A stretch of DNA of 64,000 nt from Leucoraja ocellata. Lineage: Eukaryota. Made by a program: the position numbers and the translations under genes. The stretch covers positions 12,338,001 through 12,402,000 of the forward strand of contig JAWMAR010000009.1 of the NCBI GenBank assembly GCA_036785375.1, in the 5' to 3' direction. Positions 24,601 through 37,111 of the stretch are shown in pieces. Each line of letters begins with the position of its first letter. The stretch's first letter is position 1. Under the pieces are notes generated by a model. It saw only the letters and a program-made list of their open reading frames with translations. It was not told the origin of the DNA and made no database searches.

Positions 24601-27274
24601 ACAACTTAAATGTACAATAATATGTAAGTTCATATCTCTCATAACTCTGCAGCAGATTAATGACAATATATCACTTTTGTTCGCAATGTTAAACTGTCTA
24701 TACCCTCGGGTGGTTAAAACGATGAAGACCAGGGTAGTCATCCTTGTATTCTCGCCAACATTTATCCTTTGAGCAACATACATCTGTAAACCAGGGTGAA
24801 GGTGGCTGCAGCCACAATCTACACCCACTCCTTTCTACATCTACTGGACTTTATCTTGCACTAACATTATTCACATTATTCTCTTTATCATATATCTGTA
24901 CACAATGGATGTCTTGACTGTAATCATGTATTTTCTTTCCACTGACTGTTTAGCAAGCAACAAAAGATATTCACTGTACCTTGGTACACGTGACAATGGA
25001 CTAAACAAAACTAAACTTCTGTTTCTTTAAACTTGCTGTGTGCAAATTGACTTCAATGAAATACCTCCAATTTCAAATGACCGTATTGATCGTTAGGTAC
25101 GTTAGGATTACCTGATCTTACAAAAGCATCCTATAAGTGTAAGTCTTTTTTTTAGTCTGCTTCTATTTTTGTCTTTCCTTTTGTTTACATAGAGCAGATT
25201 TCTGTTTGAATCATATGTTCTGGAACACATTGACACAAAACTAGAAAGTAGCTTGTCAGTGATGATTGATGGCATTATCTGTGCTGGATAGGGAAATGCA
25301 ACTAATTAGAAGGGAGACAGTGAATGTGTCCATTAGAGAACAGAGCATGAGAGCCCGTAAGGTTGTCGGATCACTCTCAGAGCTGCGCCGGTTTGCTGAT
25401 CCAATTTGGTTGCTGGGATCTTGTTAGGTAAGATTATTAAAGGGTCATGGAGCCAATATGAGTAAATGGAGAAGCAAAGGCTTGTGTGTAGAAATACCAT
25501 TTCATGTACTCTGGACATCTTCACATTGGACACCAGCAGTAAACACTCTCATGGATATGGACTGTTCATTAGAAGTGATCAACCGGATTCAAACTCAGTG
25601 TGGCCCCCTCAACCAAAAGCAATAGATATATAAATGGGTGGGGGAACAACACTGATAATATAAAAACATTATCATGTCCTAATTAAATTTTACTAGTTTT
25701 CTTTTCAACTGAGGAAATAATAACCAAAATGTAAAAAGGTTTCCAGCGCTCTAGAAAAGCACAAAGAAATATCATACAGTGCCAGTAATGTTTTCATGTT
25801 ATTACTTAACTGTTTTCTAATTCAATATATAGAAATGAGATGTGATTCCATCTAATTTGATCTCCCTGCCAACTGGCAAGATAATAATGGATGCTTTTGA
25901 CAGGAGTCCCCAGTGTGCAACTCAATGGCTGGGGTTTGTTGATGTCATGAAAAGAGAGCTGAAGATTATCAGTAAACCACTGAAATTTATTTTAATGCCT
26001 AGCTGCGACCATTGGTGCTCGTCTTAATGAAGTGTGGGTAATATTCAGCGCTTTTTTTAATGGGGAAATCTCACGTACATCCCAATTTAAAGGCAAACGC
26101 CTGGAATCAGCAAACCTCTTACACGGGGAAGATGCAGCATGACAATAATTCTATATAGTACATTGGTAATAACTCTTCTTAATGTGTCACTTTTAACGAG
26201 TGAATCTCACCGTAAGCACCTCTTTTAACAGAAATATTGTCAACAACCCTCTCAATATGGGAGGGTTATTATTTTTATGCAGTGACTCTCATCATCTTTA
26301 AAGAGGGAGCTTTCATCACAAATGACCTCTTTATTTGGAGATCTTCACCTTCAAAGATGATTGACAATATAAATGCTTCTTTTTAAAGAGCTAATCTCAT
26401 CATCAGCTTCCCTTTTTAATTGAAGAGTTTCTCCAGCAGTATGTAATAACATCAGCAAAAAAATGCACCATCCTACGAATGCATTTATTGTCTCTGAGTG
26501 GGAAGGAAATAAATAACCCAGAGGCCCCACTCCTGATTAGTATTCATTAACCCTTGCTGAAATTATGCACGCATTTTCACATGAGGAAGAATCTAAGATT
26601 AGTTTTGGCTGTGATGCCCCCTCAGTAAAATAGCTTACAAATGAAAAAGTAAGGGTGGTAGATCTGAATACCCCAACAAATAAGAGATTTATAAGAGAGA
26701 AAGTAGCGGCACCCCCCCCCCCCCCCATGAAAAATAATTGCAAATTTACAATGAAGATAAAAAAAAATTAAAGGAGCGCTTCATTCCAGCTTAATTTAAA
26801 ATGTTTTCAGGAGTAGACTATCCAACTGGCAATAAACATTCTAATTAATCCAGAATCACTTGTGTGAACTAAATTAATGTAACTCTTAGGTTCAGTGACA
26901 AATCATATGAGAGTTTTCCAAAATTATTTCTAAGCCAGGTTGTAAACAAAATGAAGGCGATCAGAGTTAGTAAAATATCATTACTGCCTCAATTCATTAC
27001 CACTTCAGCCACAGATACTCAGAAGAGGTCCTATTGGCAAAACTTTCTTTAAATCACAATATATTGTCTGCTATTTAATGTAATATATATTAATTACATT
27101 TCTAATGATCAAAGAAACACAAACATTAACAACAGACATCTTCACAATAGTTTACAGATGCATCGTGTCATTAGTTCAGATTACAAAACATGAATCATTG
27201 GCTTCTTTTCTGTGGCAGTGTTGAAATCTGTCCATGTCCTGATCCCCTTCTCTCCTTTTTGTCTCAACTTCCAG

Positions 27275-27540
27275 CCACCCGGGAGTCTGCCTTTGTCCAT
27301 GCCATTGCCTCAGCTGGAGTGGCCTTTGCCGTGACACGTTCCTGCGCCGAGGGCTCCAACACCATCTGTGGCTGCGACTCGCACCACAAGGGTCCGCCGG
27401 GCGAGGGCTGGAAGTGGGGGGGCTGCAGCGAGGATGCCGAGTTTGGCGTGCTGGTGTCCAGGGAGTTTGCTGACGCACGGGAGAACAGGCCCGATGCCAG
27501 GTCTGCCATGAACCGACATAACAACGAGGCTGGACGGACG
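27275..27540 (+). CDS. WNT3: WNT3 coding exon 3 (266 nt)
   Basis: Polypyrimidine tract plus ccag| at 27271-27274; donor ACG|gtaagg at 27541. Translates ATRESAFVHAIASAGVAFAVTRSCAEG...CGCDSHHKGPPGEGWKWGGCSEDAEFGVLVSREFADARENRPDARSAMNRHNNEAGRT. CDSHHKGPPG and FGVLVS are WNT3-type, not WNT3A-type. Confidence 0.96.
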
Positions 27541-29479
27541 GTAAGGAACAAAACTGATCTGGTCTTGATGCATTGCCTTCTTCTCATATCAGATCGAATG
27601 GGATGTGAGATTTGCTTGAAACACCGTTTATCTAAGTCATTATTTTAGATTGTAGTCTAGTTTGGACATTCTAATGGAGAATTATTATTTTTTGCACGGA
27701 AGATGGTTAATATTCGCTATGTTATTTAAATTACATCAGGCCAGTCATTTGAGGCTCCAGTAAAGCCTCAGGAGAGCATATCTGACAATGGAGCATTCCC
27801 TTTGTACTCCACATAGGGAATAAGGCACACCAGGCATACACGTGCTGGCTAGGAGACTGAATTCACTGCCTTCTGATACAGATTCAACAAGTCCTGTCAA
27901 GCTCTGAGTGCAATGGGATTGTGTGGGAGAGAGGCTGTTACCCTGCAGCCATTGCAGTCATCTCAACAACTCACTACCTAACAGCGCTGTCATATTGTGA
28001 ATTAGATTGGAGTTTGCTTCTCTTCAATGGAAAGTGAGAGACAGGAACTCAAAGTGCCCATAGAGTTGGCAATCCATGGTTTCCGATCCAGACTGAATAT
28101 TGCCAAGAAGGGGAATGGATATTCTTAGGTTCTAGTGTATATCAGTACACCACTCTTCAACATGCATCTTTCCTACATTGGTTATGATAGGCAGTTTCCT
28201 GGCTATCAAGGTATGTCTGAAGAGAGTCTTGACGCAAAACATCACCCATTCCTTCACCCATTCCAGAGATGCTGCCTCTCCAATTAACTGCCTGCCTGAG
28301 TTGCTGCTGCCTGAGTTACTCCAGCTTTTTGTGTCTATCATCAGTACTCAATGGCACCAGATAATTGCCCATTTCCAAAAAGTTGCAGCAACCATGGATG
28401 CGACCATCTCTGATGGGAGTTGATTGTCATTATGGCATTCCTTTGCTGAATTGTTGGAATGATTTGTGCCCTAATGTCCAAGAAAGAGTGTGACATGACT
28501 GAAGTAGTCATAAACCCCAGCCAAGAAATTGGTGAGAGAGGAATGGGTGTCATCAGAGACAAATAGAGGTTAATCCCATTCCTGTTGCTGATGTCACCAA
28601 GAGGGAGCCAGGATGAACAGGGCAAGGATTTCATCAATGATGAGTGAACAGAAAAGCAAATCTTCAAACAGTTGAGCGTGTTCAGACAAATACTGGTATG
28701 AACCAAGGTAGTTTGTTTATTTAACTCTAAAAGTATGCGGCATTCAGGGCACTTATAAAGAGTAATTCATGTTAGTTGCTTTCCCGAAGTAGGACTGTGA
28801 AAGGAAATTTCATCATGTGTGCTTCAGCTGATCTGAACTCAGGGCTGCATTTGCTGTCTGCCAGTCTCCAGCAGGGCAGTGGAGGTAATGTAGCTGAGGA
28901 GAATAAAATGAGTGAGTACCTTGCTAACAGTCATAGTTCGCTCTGAGTAGTCATACAAACCTGGAGCTTGAATGGGGGTGAGAATGACTCTGAGGTGAGG
29001 ACACAATGGAGGGAAAGGATGTTGAAGATGGGGCAGTCCTTGTGGGAATGGATGAGTTGTGTATATTCATAAGGGAGGGGTAACCACAGTTTACTGCCAG
29101 AGGAGGTAGTTGAGGCAGGTACTATCGCAATGTTTAAGAAACAATTAGACAGGTACATGGATAGGACAGGCTTAGAGGTATGTGGGCCAAATGCAAGCAA
29201 GTGTAGATGGGACATGTTGGCTGGTGTGGGCAAGTTAGGCCAAAGGACCTGTTTCCATGTTGAAAGAGTCCATAACTCTGACTCTATCCCAATGACTAAG
29301 TTTTTGTTCATTTGTCCTAATGCGTTTTATGTTTAAGAATGCTTGCATTTGCACCCAGAAACCTTTTACCACATCAAACATTTGGTTTTGTACCACCTCC
29401 ACCAGCAAGGTATACACTTCACCTTGTCCCATGACCACTTATTCAGCCTTCTCCGAACAGTCTGGAATCACATCTCATT

Positions 29480-29780
29480 GGTGACACAGTAGACTTGCTG
29501 CCCCACAACTCCAGTGACTGTAGCTCAACCCTGACCTCCAGTATTGTCTGTGTACAGTCTGACAGCGTGGATTTCATCCACATGCTCTGGTTTCCTCCTG
29601 CATCCCAAGGTATGCGAGTTGGTAGATTAATTATCCACTATAAATTGCTTCCAGTTTGCGGGTGAGTGATTGAATCTAGGGGGAGTTGATGGGAATGTAG
29701 GGAGGGTAAAATAGAATTGCTGTAAAATAGATGCTTGATGATCAGATTGGACCCGGTTAGATGTTGTAAGACTGATTCTA
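29480..29780 (+). mobile_element. Degraded V-SINE; other decayed copies at about 42500-42790 (+) and 54770-54895 (-)
   Basis: Recognisable head and V-domain remnants (gctctggtttcctcctgcatcccaa...ttaattatccactataaattgc). Confidence 0.65.
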
Positions 29781-30315
29781 ACTCCATCTTTTCATCCCTC
29801 TTTGAGAACCAGTCTTCTCAACAGTCTTTTGATCATCTCTATTTTCCTGGTTTAGTATTCATAATGCCTTCTCCTAGTCTATGAGAATTCCCAGTATAAT
29901 GTAATGTAAAGTCTGTTTGATTAATAAGTGTTCTGGCTAATGGTCCTGATCACCAGAGCTAATGCACAGTGCAAGGTACACAGATCAGTGGATCATTGAA
30001 CATAATGGGTCTTTGAAAATGTTCATACTGTAGCTCATAGTGCCATAGAGCCATAGCTCAGAGGATAGATGAATCTTTGAGTTGGAGGTACGTGGGTTTA
30101 TGTCTCACTGAATCTCAATTGATATTCCAATGTAATATAGAGGAAGTGCTTCAATATCGGAGATGTTGCTTTTTGGATGAGGGGTAAAATCAAGGAGCTA
30201 TTGAGCATCTTGGAGACATGAAGAGCGTTGTGACACTAGAGTCACGGAGTGATAGTCAGATAGCATAGAAACAGGCCCTTCAGCCAAACCTGTTAGTGCC
30301 AATCAAGATGCACCA

Positions 30316-31915
30316 TTGCAAAAGTATTCATACCCCTTGAACTTTTCCACATTTTGTCACGTTACAACCACAAACGTAAATGTATTTATTTGGGATTTTA
30401 TGTGATAGACCAACACAAAGTGGTGCATAATTGTGAATGGGAAGGAAAATGATACATGGTTTTCAAATTTTTTTACAAATAAAAACTGAAAAGTGTGGCG
30501 TGCAAAAGAATTCAGCACCCGTGAGTCAATACTTTGTAGAACCACTTTTCGCTGCAATTACAGCTGCAAGTCTTTTGGGGTATGTCTCTACCAACTTTGC
30601 ACATCTAGAGACTGAAATTTTTGCCCATTCTTCTTTGCAAAATAGCTCAAGCTCAGTAAGATTGGATGGAGAGCGTCTGTGAACAGCACTTTTCAAGTCT
30701 TGCCAGAGATTCTCAAATGGATTTAGGTCTGGACTTTGACTGGGCCATTCTAACACATGAATATGCTTTGATCTAAACCATTCCATTGTAGCTCTGGCTG
30801 TATGTTTAGGGTCGTTGTCCTGCTGGAAGGTGAACCTCCGCCCCAGTCTCAAGTCTTTTGCTGACTCTAACAGGTTTTCTTCCAAGATTGCCCTGTATTT
30901 GGCTCCATCCATCTTCCCATCAACTCTGACCAGCTTCCCTGTCCCTGCTGAAGAAAAGCTACCCACAGCATGATGCTGCCACCACCATGTTTCACAGTGG
31001 GGATGGTGTGTTCAGGGTGATGTGCAGTGTTAGTTTTCCGCCACACATAGCGTTTTGCATTTAGGCCAAAAACTTCAATTTTGGTCTCATCTGACCAGAG
31101 CACCTTCCTCCACATGTTTGCTGTGTCCTCCACATGGCTTGTGGCAAACTGCAAACGGGACTTCTTATGGCTTTTTTCAACAATGGCTTTCTTCTTGCCA
31201 CTCTTCCATAAAGGCCCGATTTGTGGAGTGCACGACTAATAGTTGTCCTGTGGACAGATTCTCCCACCTGAGCTGTGGATCTCTGCAGCTCCTCCAGAGT
31301 TACCATGGGCCTCTTGGCTGCTTCTCTGATCAATGCTCTCCTTGCCCGGCCTGTCAGTTTAGGTGGACGGCCATGTCTTGGTAAGTTTGCAGTTGTGCCA
31401 TACTCTTTCCATTTCGGATGATGGATTGAACAGTGCTTCGTGAGATGTTCAAAGCTTGGGATATTTTTTTATAACCTAACCCTGCTTTAAACTTCTCCAC
31501 AACTTTATCCCTGACCTGTCTGGTGTGTTCCTTGGGCTTCATGATGCTGTTTGTTCACTAATGTTCTCTAACAAACCTCTGAGACCTTCACCAGAACAGC
31601 TGTATTTATACTGAGATTAGATTACACACAAGTGGACTCTATTTACTAATTAGGTGACTTCTGAAGGCAATTGGTTGCACTGGATTTTATTTAGGGGTAT
31701 CAGAGTAAAGGGGGCTGAATACTTTTGCACGCCACACTTTTCAGTTTTTTATTTGTAAAAAAATTTGAAAACCATGTATCATTTTCCTTCCACTTCACAA
31801 TTATGCGCCAATTTGTGTTGGTCTATCACATAAAATCCCAATAAAATACATTTACGTTTGTGGTTGTAACGTGACAAAATGTGGAAAGGTTCAAGGGGTA
31901 TGAATACTTTTGCAA
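30316..31915 (-). mobile_element. Tc1-family DNA transposon, IR/DR type, Passport-like, 1.6 kb
   Basis: About 205-bp terminal inverted repeats (30316-30520 and 31710-31915), each with outer and inner direct repeats TGCAAAAG(T/A)ATTCA, enclosing a DD34E transposase. Confidence 0.95.
30526..31542 (-). pseudogene. Tc1 transposase with three single-base frameshifts (reconstructs to 339 aa)
   Basis: Four ORF pieces join: MKPKEHTRQVRDKVVEK..., IREAAKRPMVTLEELQ..., [10 protein letters not shown]...[19 protein letters not shown]...SPDLNPFE...STKY*. There are 34 residues between the second D and the E. Lesions near 31413, 31172 and 30961. Confidence 0.93.
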
Positions 31916-33989
31916 GCCTGTTCCAAATGCCCACATTTAGTCCATATCCCTCTAAACCTTTCCTATCCATGCATCCAGTGTTTTTTTTAAATATTGTTAA
32001 ACAGCTGTCTCAACTACTTCCTCCGGCAGTTCATTCCATGTGCTCACCGTCCTCTGTGTGAAAAAGTTGCCCCTCAGGTTCCTGATAAATCTTTCCCCTC
32101 TCACCTTAAACCTATATCCTCCCGTTCTTGATTACCCTGGATAAAAGTGTGCATTCACCCAAAGAAATGTTCATAAGTGATAGGAGCAGAATTAAGCCAT
32201 TCGGCCCATCAAGTCTACTCCGTCATTCAATCATGGCTGATCCATCTTTCCCTCAACGCCATTTTCCGGCTTTCTCCCCAGAATTCCTGACTAAGCAAGA
32301 TGCAAGCAGTGCATGTTATTTTCGCTTCAGGCAATGGCACTGAACAGGGTTCACTGATTGGGTGGCTGTGTGCGAATTGCCTGCTACACTACACTGCTCT
32401 GGACCACTCTTCAACACGCCTCTCATGGGCTGTAAGCACCGTGGGGCATTCTGAGATCAGATTGTGTTGGTGGTAAGATAGGAACTTGTCAGACAGTTGC
32501 ACAAAGTTGGTTTTAGATTTTAGTTAAAGACTGGAATAAGCTGCAGAGAATACAGTTCAGCCAGGAGTCACACAATTGCTTGATACAATTTGTCGTTGAC
32601 TTGGTGACAGTTGCTTATTTCAGCCACAAAATTGAAATAGATTAAAAAATTGATAGCTATGACTCCACAATATGTAACTGATAACGATTTATGTGGAATA
32701 TGAATATGAAAATGTTATCAAGGCTGCATTAAACGTTATGGTTGGAGCTGGAGGTACTAGCCATAACTTCATGACCATGTATTATGTATATTATTATTAT
32801 GTATGTATTATTATACTATAATTAAGCTGACCACATGATTTTACTCATCGTGCACAAAAACGGAGTCAGTGGTACAAACACATAAGTTATTTTAGGTGAA
32901 AAACTGATATGAATAAAAATGATTCAAAAAAAAAAAATATGGCAGTCCAGTTCAGTCAGTTGGGGGAAACTACATTAGAAAGGGTGAGTTCATGGATATA
33001 TAATTATCATGTGCTGAATGGTTTCCTCTTTACCAATTTTTCTTGCGCATTTCTGACATTTCATCAGTTCCTTGAGCGAGTGGTGGGACATGGGATTTCC
33101 AGTTATTACAATAGCATTAATGCGAGCTGTGAAGTTGCGCCACAGTGATGTGTTTCTCTGGTCTTCGTCAGACAGTAAATCAACAGCGTCTCCATCTGCA
33201 ACAACTCTTCAAGTTTCTTGGCAAGTGAGAGGCATGCGGTGGCCTTGTGTTTATGCTGGGCTTTGGACACGCTCCAAAGAGGAAGCTATCTGGCAGATTG
33301 ATACACGAAGGAGAACTGTACAGAAAGAGATGGCATATTTTGGATGCCACATTAAATGAGGCACTACCTAGATTTTTCAGGAGAACAAAATAGATTGTGC
33401 AGCACTAAGTGGTGGAAAAACAGCGAAGGTTTCCTCAGTGTTCTATCAAATATTTACCCCATCAATTAACATCACTAAACTGGGTTACTGTATGTGGCAT
33501 TATCATAGTGATGTTCATGGGATCTTGCAGGGTGCCTTATCTTCTATATTGTACCATTGACAACCCTTCTGTATCATTGGGATTACCTGAGGCGATAAAC
33601 GGCATGTTCAATGTGAATCTTTCTTTTTATTTATTACATTTTCAGATGACATTTTGTCATCATGATCACAGACTTGGCCTACATCCAATTTGTACCCCTC
33701 AGTTCCCTCCTGACTCAAACCTCAGGAACAATGTTCACAACATAGGCACTAAACAGATTAGGCACTTCCATCAGCAACCTTGTCAATGTTTGTGTGCTGG
33801 AACTAGTATTATTATGTCAAATAAAAGCCTCAATTATTGTAAATATCACACTACAATTCACTTCACACTTTCACATTCCAGCAGATTATGGAGCTCCTTG
33901 GCTCAACAACAAGAATCCATTTCAAATACCGAAGCAACAAATCTATCCCTAATTCCCAAAAGAGAATTGCAAATATGCCTCAGAGATTC

Positions 33990-34450
33990 AGGTAGACTGC
34001 AGATGCTGGAATCCTGAGAATAATATTTGCTGAAGGAAGTCAGATCAGGCAGCATCTGTGGAGGGAAATGGACAGCCAACATTTTGGGTCAGGAGGTAGA
34101 CACAAAATGCTGGAGTAATTCAACGGGACAGGCAGCATCTCTGGAGAGAAGGAATGGGTGACGTTTCGGGTCGAGACCCCCCCCCCCCCTTCAGACTGAA
34201 GAAGGGTCTCGACCCGAAATGTCACCCATTCCTTCCCTCCAGAGATGCTGCCTGTCCCGCTGGGTTACACCAGCATTTTTTGTCTACCTTCGATTTAAAC
34301 CAGCATCTGCGGTTCTTTCCTGCACACTTTGGGTCAGGACGTGTTTCAGACTTTCTGAAGGTTTTCTAAAGTAAGGTCCCAAACCGATTTGTCATCTTTC
34401 CATTTCCCTCCATAGATGCTGCCTGACCTGCTCAGTTCCTCTGGCACTTT
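33990..34450. repeat. Nested Penelope-derived palindromes (younger copy at 34095-34327 inside an older one)
   Basis: TSD TTTGGGTCAGGA at 34083-34094 and 34328-34339; hammerhead-like core CTGAAGA-AGGGTCTCGACCC-GAAA-TGTC at 34196-34223. Confidence 0.82.
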
Positions 34451-35834
34451 GGGGTTTTTTCTGTAAATGTATCTCAACTATTAATGTTTACTGATTGTTA
34501 ACTAACTTGTCACTGGAGTAACTCCCATCCTCAACAACCTCCAGTCCTACGGTCAAAGCGGCCCCAAGGAAAGATGTGGGTGTACGACCAGCTATTCTAC
34601 TTGATGTCATGTCTTTCCCTTTTTCTATGTGTGAAACATCAATGCAAAGAAATTCCTAGCAAGGACTTGACATTTGCATTATGCTTTTGGGTCCGTTTCA
34701 TTAAGAAGAGTGAATGATAATGTCTCCCAGTGACATCCCAAAACACAATCAATGGGGGATTTCTTTTTGGACCATTTGAGGCAATAATGGTGTTGAAATG
34801 CATGAAACACAGCAACTAAATTTGCACAAAGCAAGGGCTCTTGAGCAATAATTTGATATCCTCAGATAATCTGCTCTTCAGTAATGTTGGTTGAGGTTTT
34901 AGTTTTAGTTAGGTCTGATAAGATTTTGAGAGGCATGCAGAGCCTCAGTATAACATTGCATCCATCCAAAACCACTGTCCTGGTGTCACTGTGGAACTCA
35001 CCATAGAATGCACTACAGTGGCACTTGAACCCATGAGTCACTCACTGAGTTGGGGGGAAACCGGAGAACATCACCACTGCGGCTTACATTAAACCCTCAG
35101 GCCAAAACATCGCTAAAAATTACCTTTCATGGTACTCCTTGCTTGAATTTCCCAAAGCACAACCCCTTTCTTCCTGCTAGTGTATCACGGTGGCATTCAC
35201 CAAAGTCTTTAATGTCATCTTATGTTTTGACAAAAGCAACCTAAAAAGAATAGGGTTAAGGAGAGAGGGGAAATATTTAATAGGAACCTGAGGAACAACT
35301 TCTTCACACAGAGAGTAGTGGGTACATGGAACGAGCTGCCAGATGAAATAGTTGAGTCAGGTACAATAACACATTAAAAAGTAATCTGAACAGGTACATG
35401 AATAATAAAGGTTGGAGGGATATGGGCCAGATGCAGGCAAATGGAACTGGATGGGACACTTTGGTTGGTATGGACAAGTTGAACCTAAAGGGTTATTTTA
35501 GTGCAGTATAACTTTGACTGCACAGTTTATTTTGAGGTATATTCCTGGCTTATGGTGGTGGTTATTTCAGAATGCAAAGATTATTTAAGGAAGTCACAAG
35601 TCCATTATGAGCTTTAACAGAATAGGTTTGGTGTGAGGGTGCAGATGGTGCTAAATGCACATTTAACGCCATTGATTTGGTGCTAATAGAATGAGTATGT
35701 AAAATTTTAAAAAACTGGAGGCAAAATTATATAGTGGGTAGCAATTGGATAAGAATACACAGAAACGGTTAAGCTCCCTTTTTAACGTAAAAATCCTATG
35801 CTTTACTTAATCTAATTAATTGATCTTGCATTAA

Positions 35835-36140
35835 GGCCAGAGTAGGGGAATCAAGAACTAGAGGACATTGGTTTAAGCTGAGAGGAAAAAGTTTTAATAG
35901 GGACCCGAGGGCAACTGTTTCATATAGAGGGTAGTGCGTATATGGAACAAGCTGCCAGAGGACATAGTTAGGGCAAGTACTATAACAGCATTTGAAAGGC
36001 ATTTGGACAGGTACGCGGATAGGAGAGTTTTAGAGGAAAAGGCCAAAATGCAGGCATGTGGGCTAGCGTAGATGGGACATCTTGATCGGCATTGAAGGTT
36101 GGGTTGAAGGGCCTGTCTCCATGCATTATAACTCTATAAC
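35835..36140 (+). mobile_element. CR1 3' fragment; related + strand copies at about 14240-14670, 29090-29290 and 35255-35520
   Basis: aactagaggacat.ggtttaag.tgagagg...tggaacaagctgccagagg...atttggacaggtac...gaagggcctgt.tcc plus (actctat)n tail. Confidence 0.8.
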
Positions 36141-36441
36141 TCTTATGGTGGAGTAATCAGGCAGTTGTGGGGGCCACGGCACTGATACATGGTATGTCAC
36201 TAGCTGGAGATTGCAAATACACCAGTGGGGTTAACATAGGCAGGATCCATGATCACATGAGACAAGGAAATCCACATTGACAACATTTTTCAACAAGTAT
36301 TAGAGATGCCAAAATGAGCATTCATTCGAATATCACAGATAATTCAAAATTTTCTCTCACGAGAAAGATACACAATATCATGACAATGTTGTCCTGTTCT
36401 GAAGAGTGTTTGCTAATTGTGTCACTTAATTATTGTTGCAG

Positions 36442-36921
36442 TCAATCCTGGACCACATGCACCTGAAATGCAAATGCCATGGTTTATCTGGGAGCTGCGA
36501 GGTGAAGACCTGCTGGTGGGCCCAGCCGGATTTCCGGGTGATTGGGGATTATCTGAAAGATAAATACGACAGTGCATCTGAGATGGTGGTGGAGAAGCAC
36601 AGAGAGTCCCGGGGCTGGGTAGAAACCCTTCGTGCCAAGTACGAGCTCTTTAAACCGCCGACCGAGAGGGACCTTGTCTATTATGAAAACTCGCCAAACT
36701 TTTGCGAGCCAAACCCCGAGACTGGCTCTTTTGGGACCAGGGACAGGATCTGCAACGTCACATCTCACGGCATCGACGGTTGCGACTTGCTGTGCTGCGG
36801 CCGTGGGCACAACACCAGGACGGAGAAACGCAAGGAGAAGTGTCATTGCATATTCCACTGGTGTTGTTATGTCAGTTGTCAGGAGTGTGTTCGTGTATAT
36901 GATGTACATACATGCAAATAA
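36442..36921 (+). CDS. WNT3: WNT3 coding exon 4 (480 nt to TAA)
   Basis: Acceptor ttgttgcag| at 36440-36441, phase 0. [19 protein letters not shown] contains the Wnt lipidation Ser motif. WWAQPD, LRAKY, KPPTERD, YYENSP and [14 protein letters not shown] are WNT3-type. Ends YDVHTCK*. Confidence 0.96.
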   Translation, partial: SILDHMHLKCKCHGLSGSCEVKTCWWAQPDFRVIGDYLKDKYDSASEMVVEKHRESRGWVETLRAKYELFKPPTERDLVYYENSPNFCEPNPETGSFGTRDRICNVTSHGIDGCDLLCCGRGHNTRTEKRKEKCHCIFHWCCYVSCQECVRVYDVHTCK

Positions 36922-36957
36922 CAGGACACACAATCCCCCCGAACATCAATAACAAAC

Positions 36958-37071
36958 TCGCATGCACACACACACACACACAATCATGCACATACAAACA
37001 TACGCACACACACACTCGATCATGCACATACAAACATACGCACACACACACACAAACATGCATAATACACA

Positions 37072-37109
<38 letters not shown>
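36958..37109 (+). repeat. Compound (CA)n microsatellite with a 36-bp duplicated unit, just after the WNT3 stop
   Basis: atcatgcacatacaaacatacgcacacacacac occurs at 36983 and 37019, followed by a pure (CA)n run. Confidence 0.95.

Positions 37110-37111
<2 letters not shown>

Larger units (their letters stand above)
30050..32460 (+). mobile_element. Old DeuSINE/SacSINE1-like element split into about 30050-30238 and 32295-32460 by nested insertions
   Basis: 5' part ...gaggaagtgcttcaatatcggagatgttgctttttggatgag...; 3' part gctgtgtgcgaattgcctgct...ggctgtaagcaccgtggggcattctgag. Similar pieces at about 10750-10900, 33380-33620 and 60700-60900 (-). Confidence 0.55.

Noticed and set aside
27176-27648. 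Full 152-aa ORF and antisense ORFs at exon 3
   Set aside because: Only 27275-27540 is Wnt-like and bounded by splice sites; the rest is intronic read-through or shadow.
33409-34017. 202-aa ORF
   Set aside because: Non-ATG start, runs through DeuSINE and Penelope-derived repeats, no recognisable domain.
6100-36921. Calling the gene WNT3A
   Set aside because: Exon 3-4 diagnostic residues and the adjacent convergent NSF indicate WNT3.
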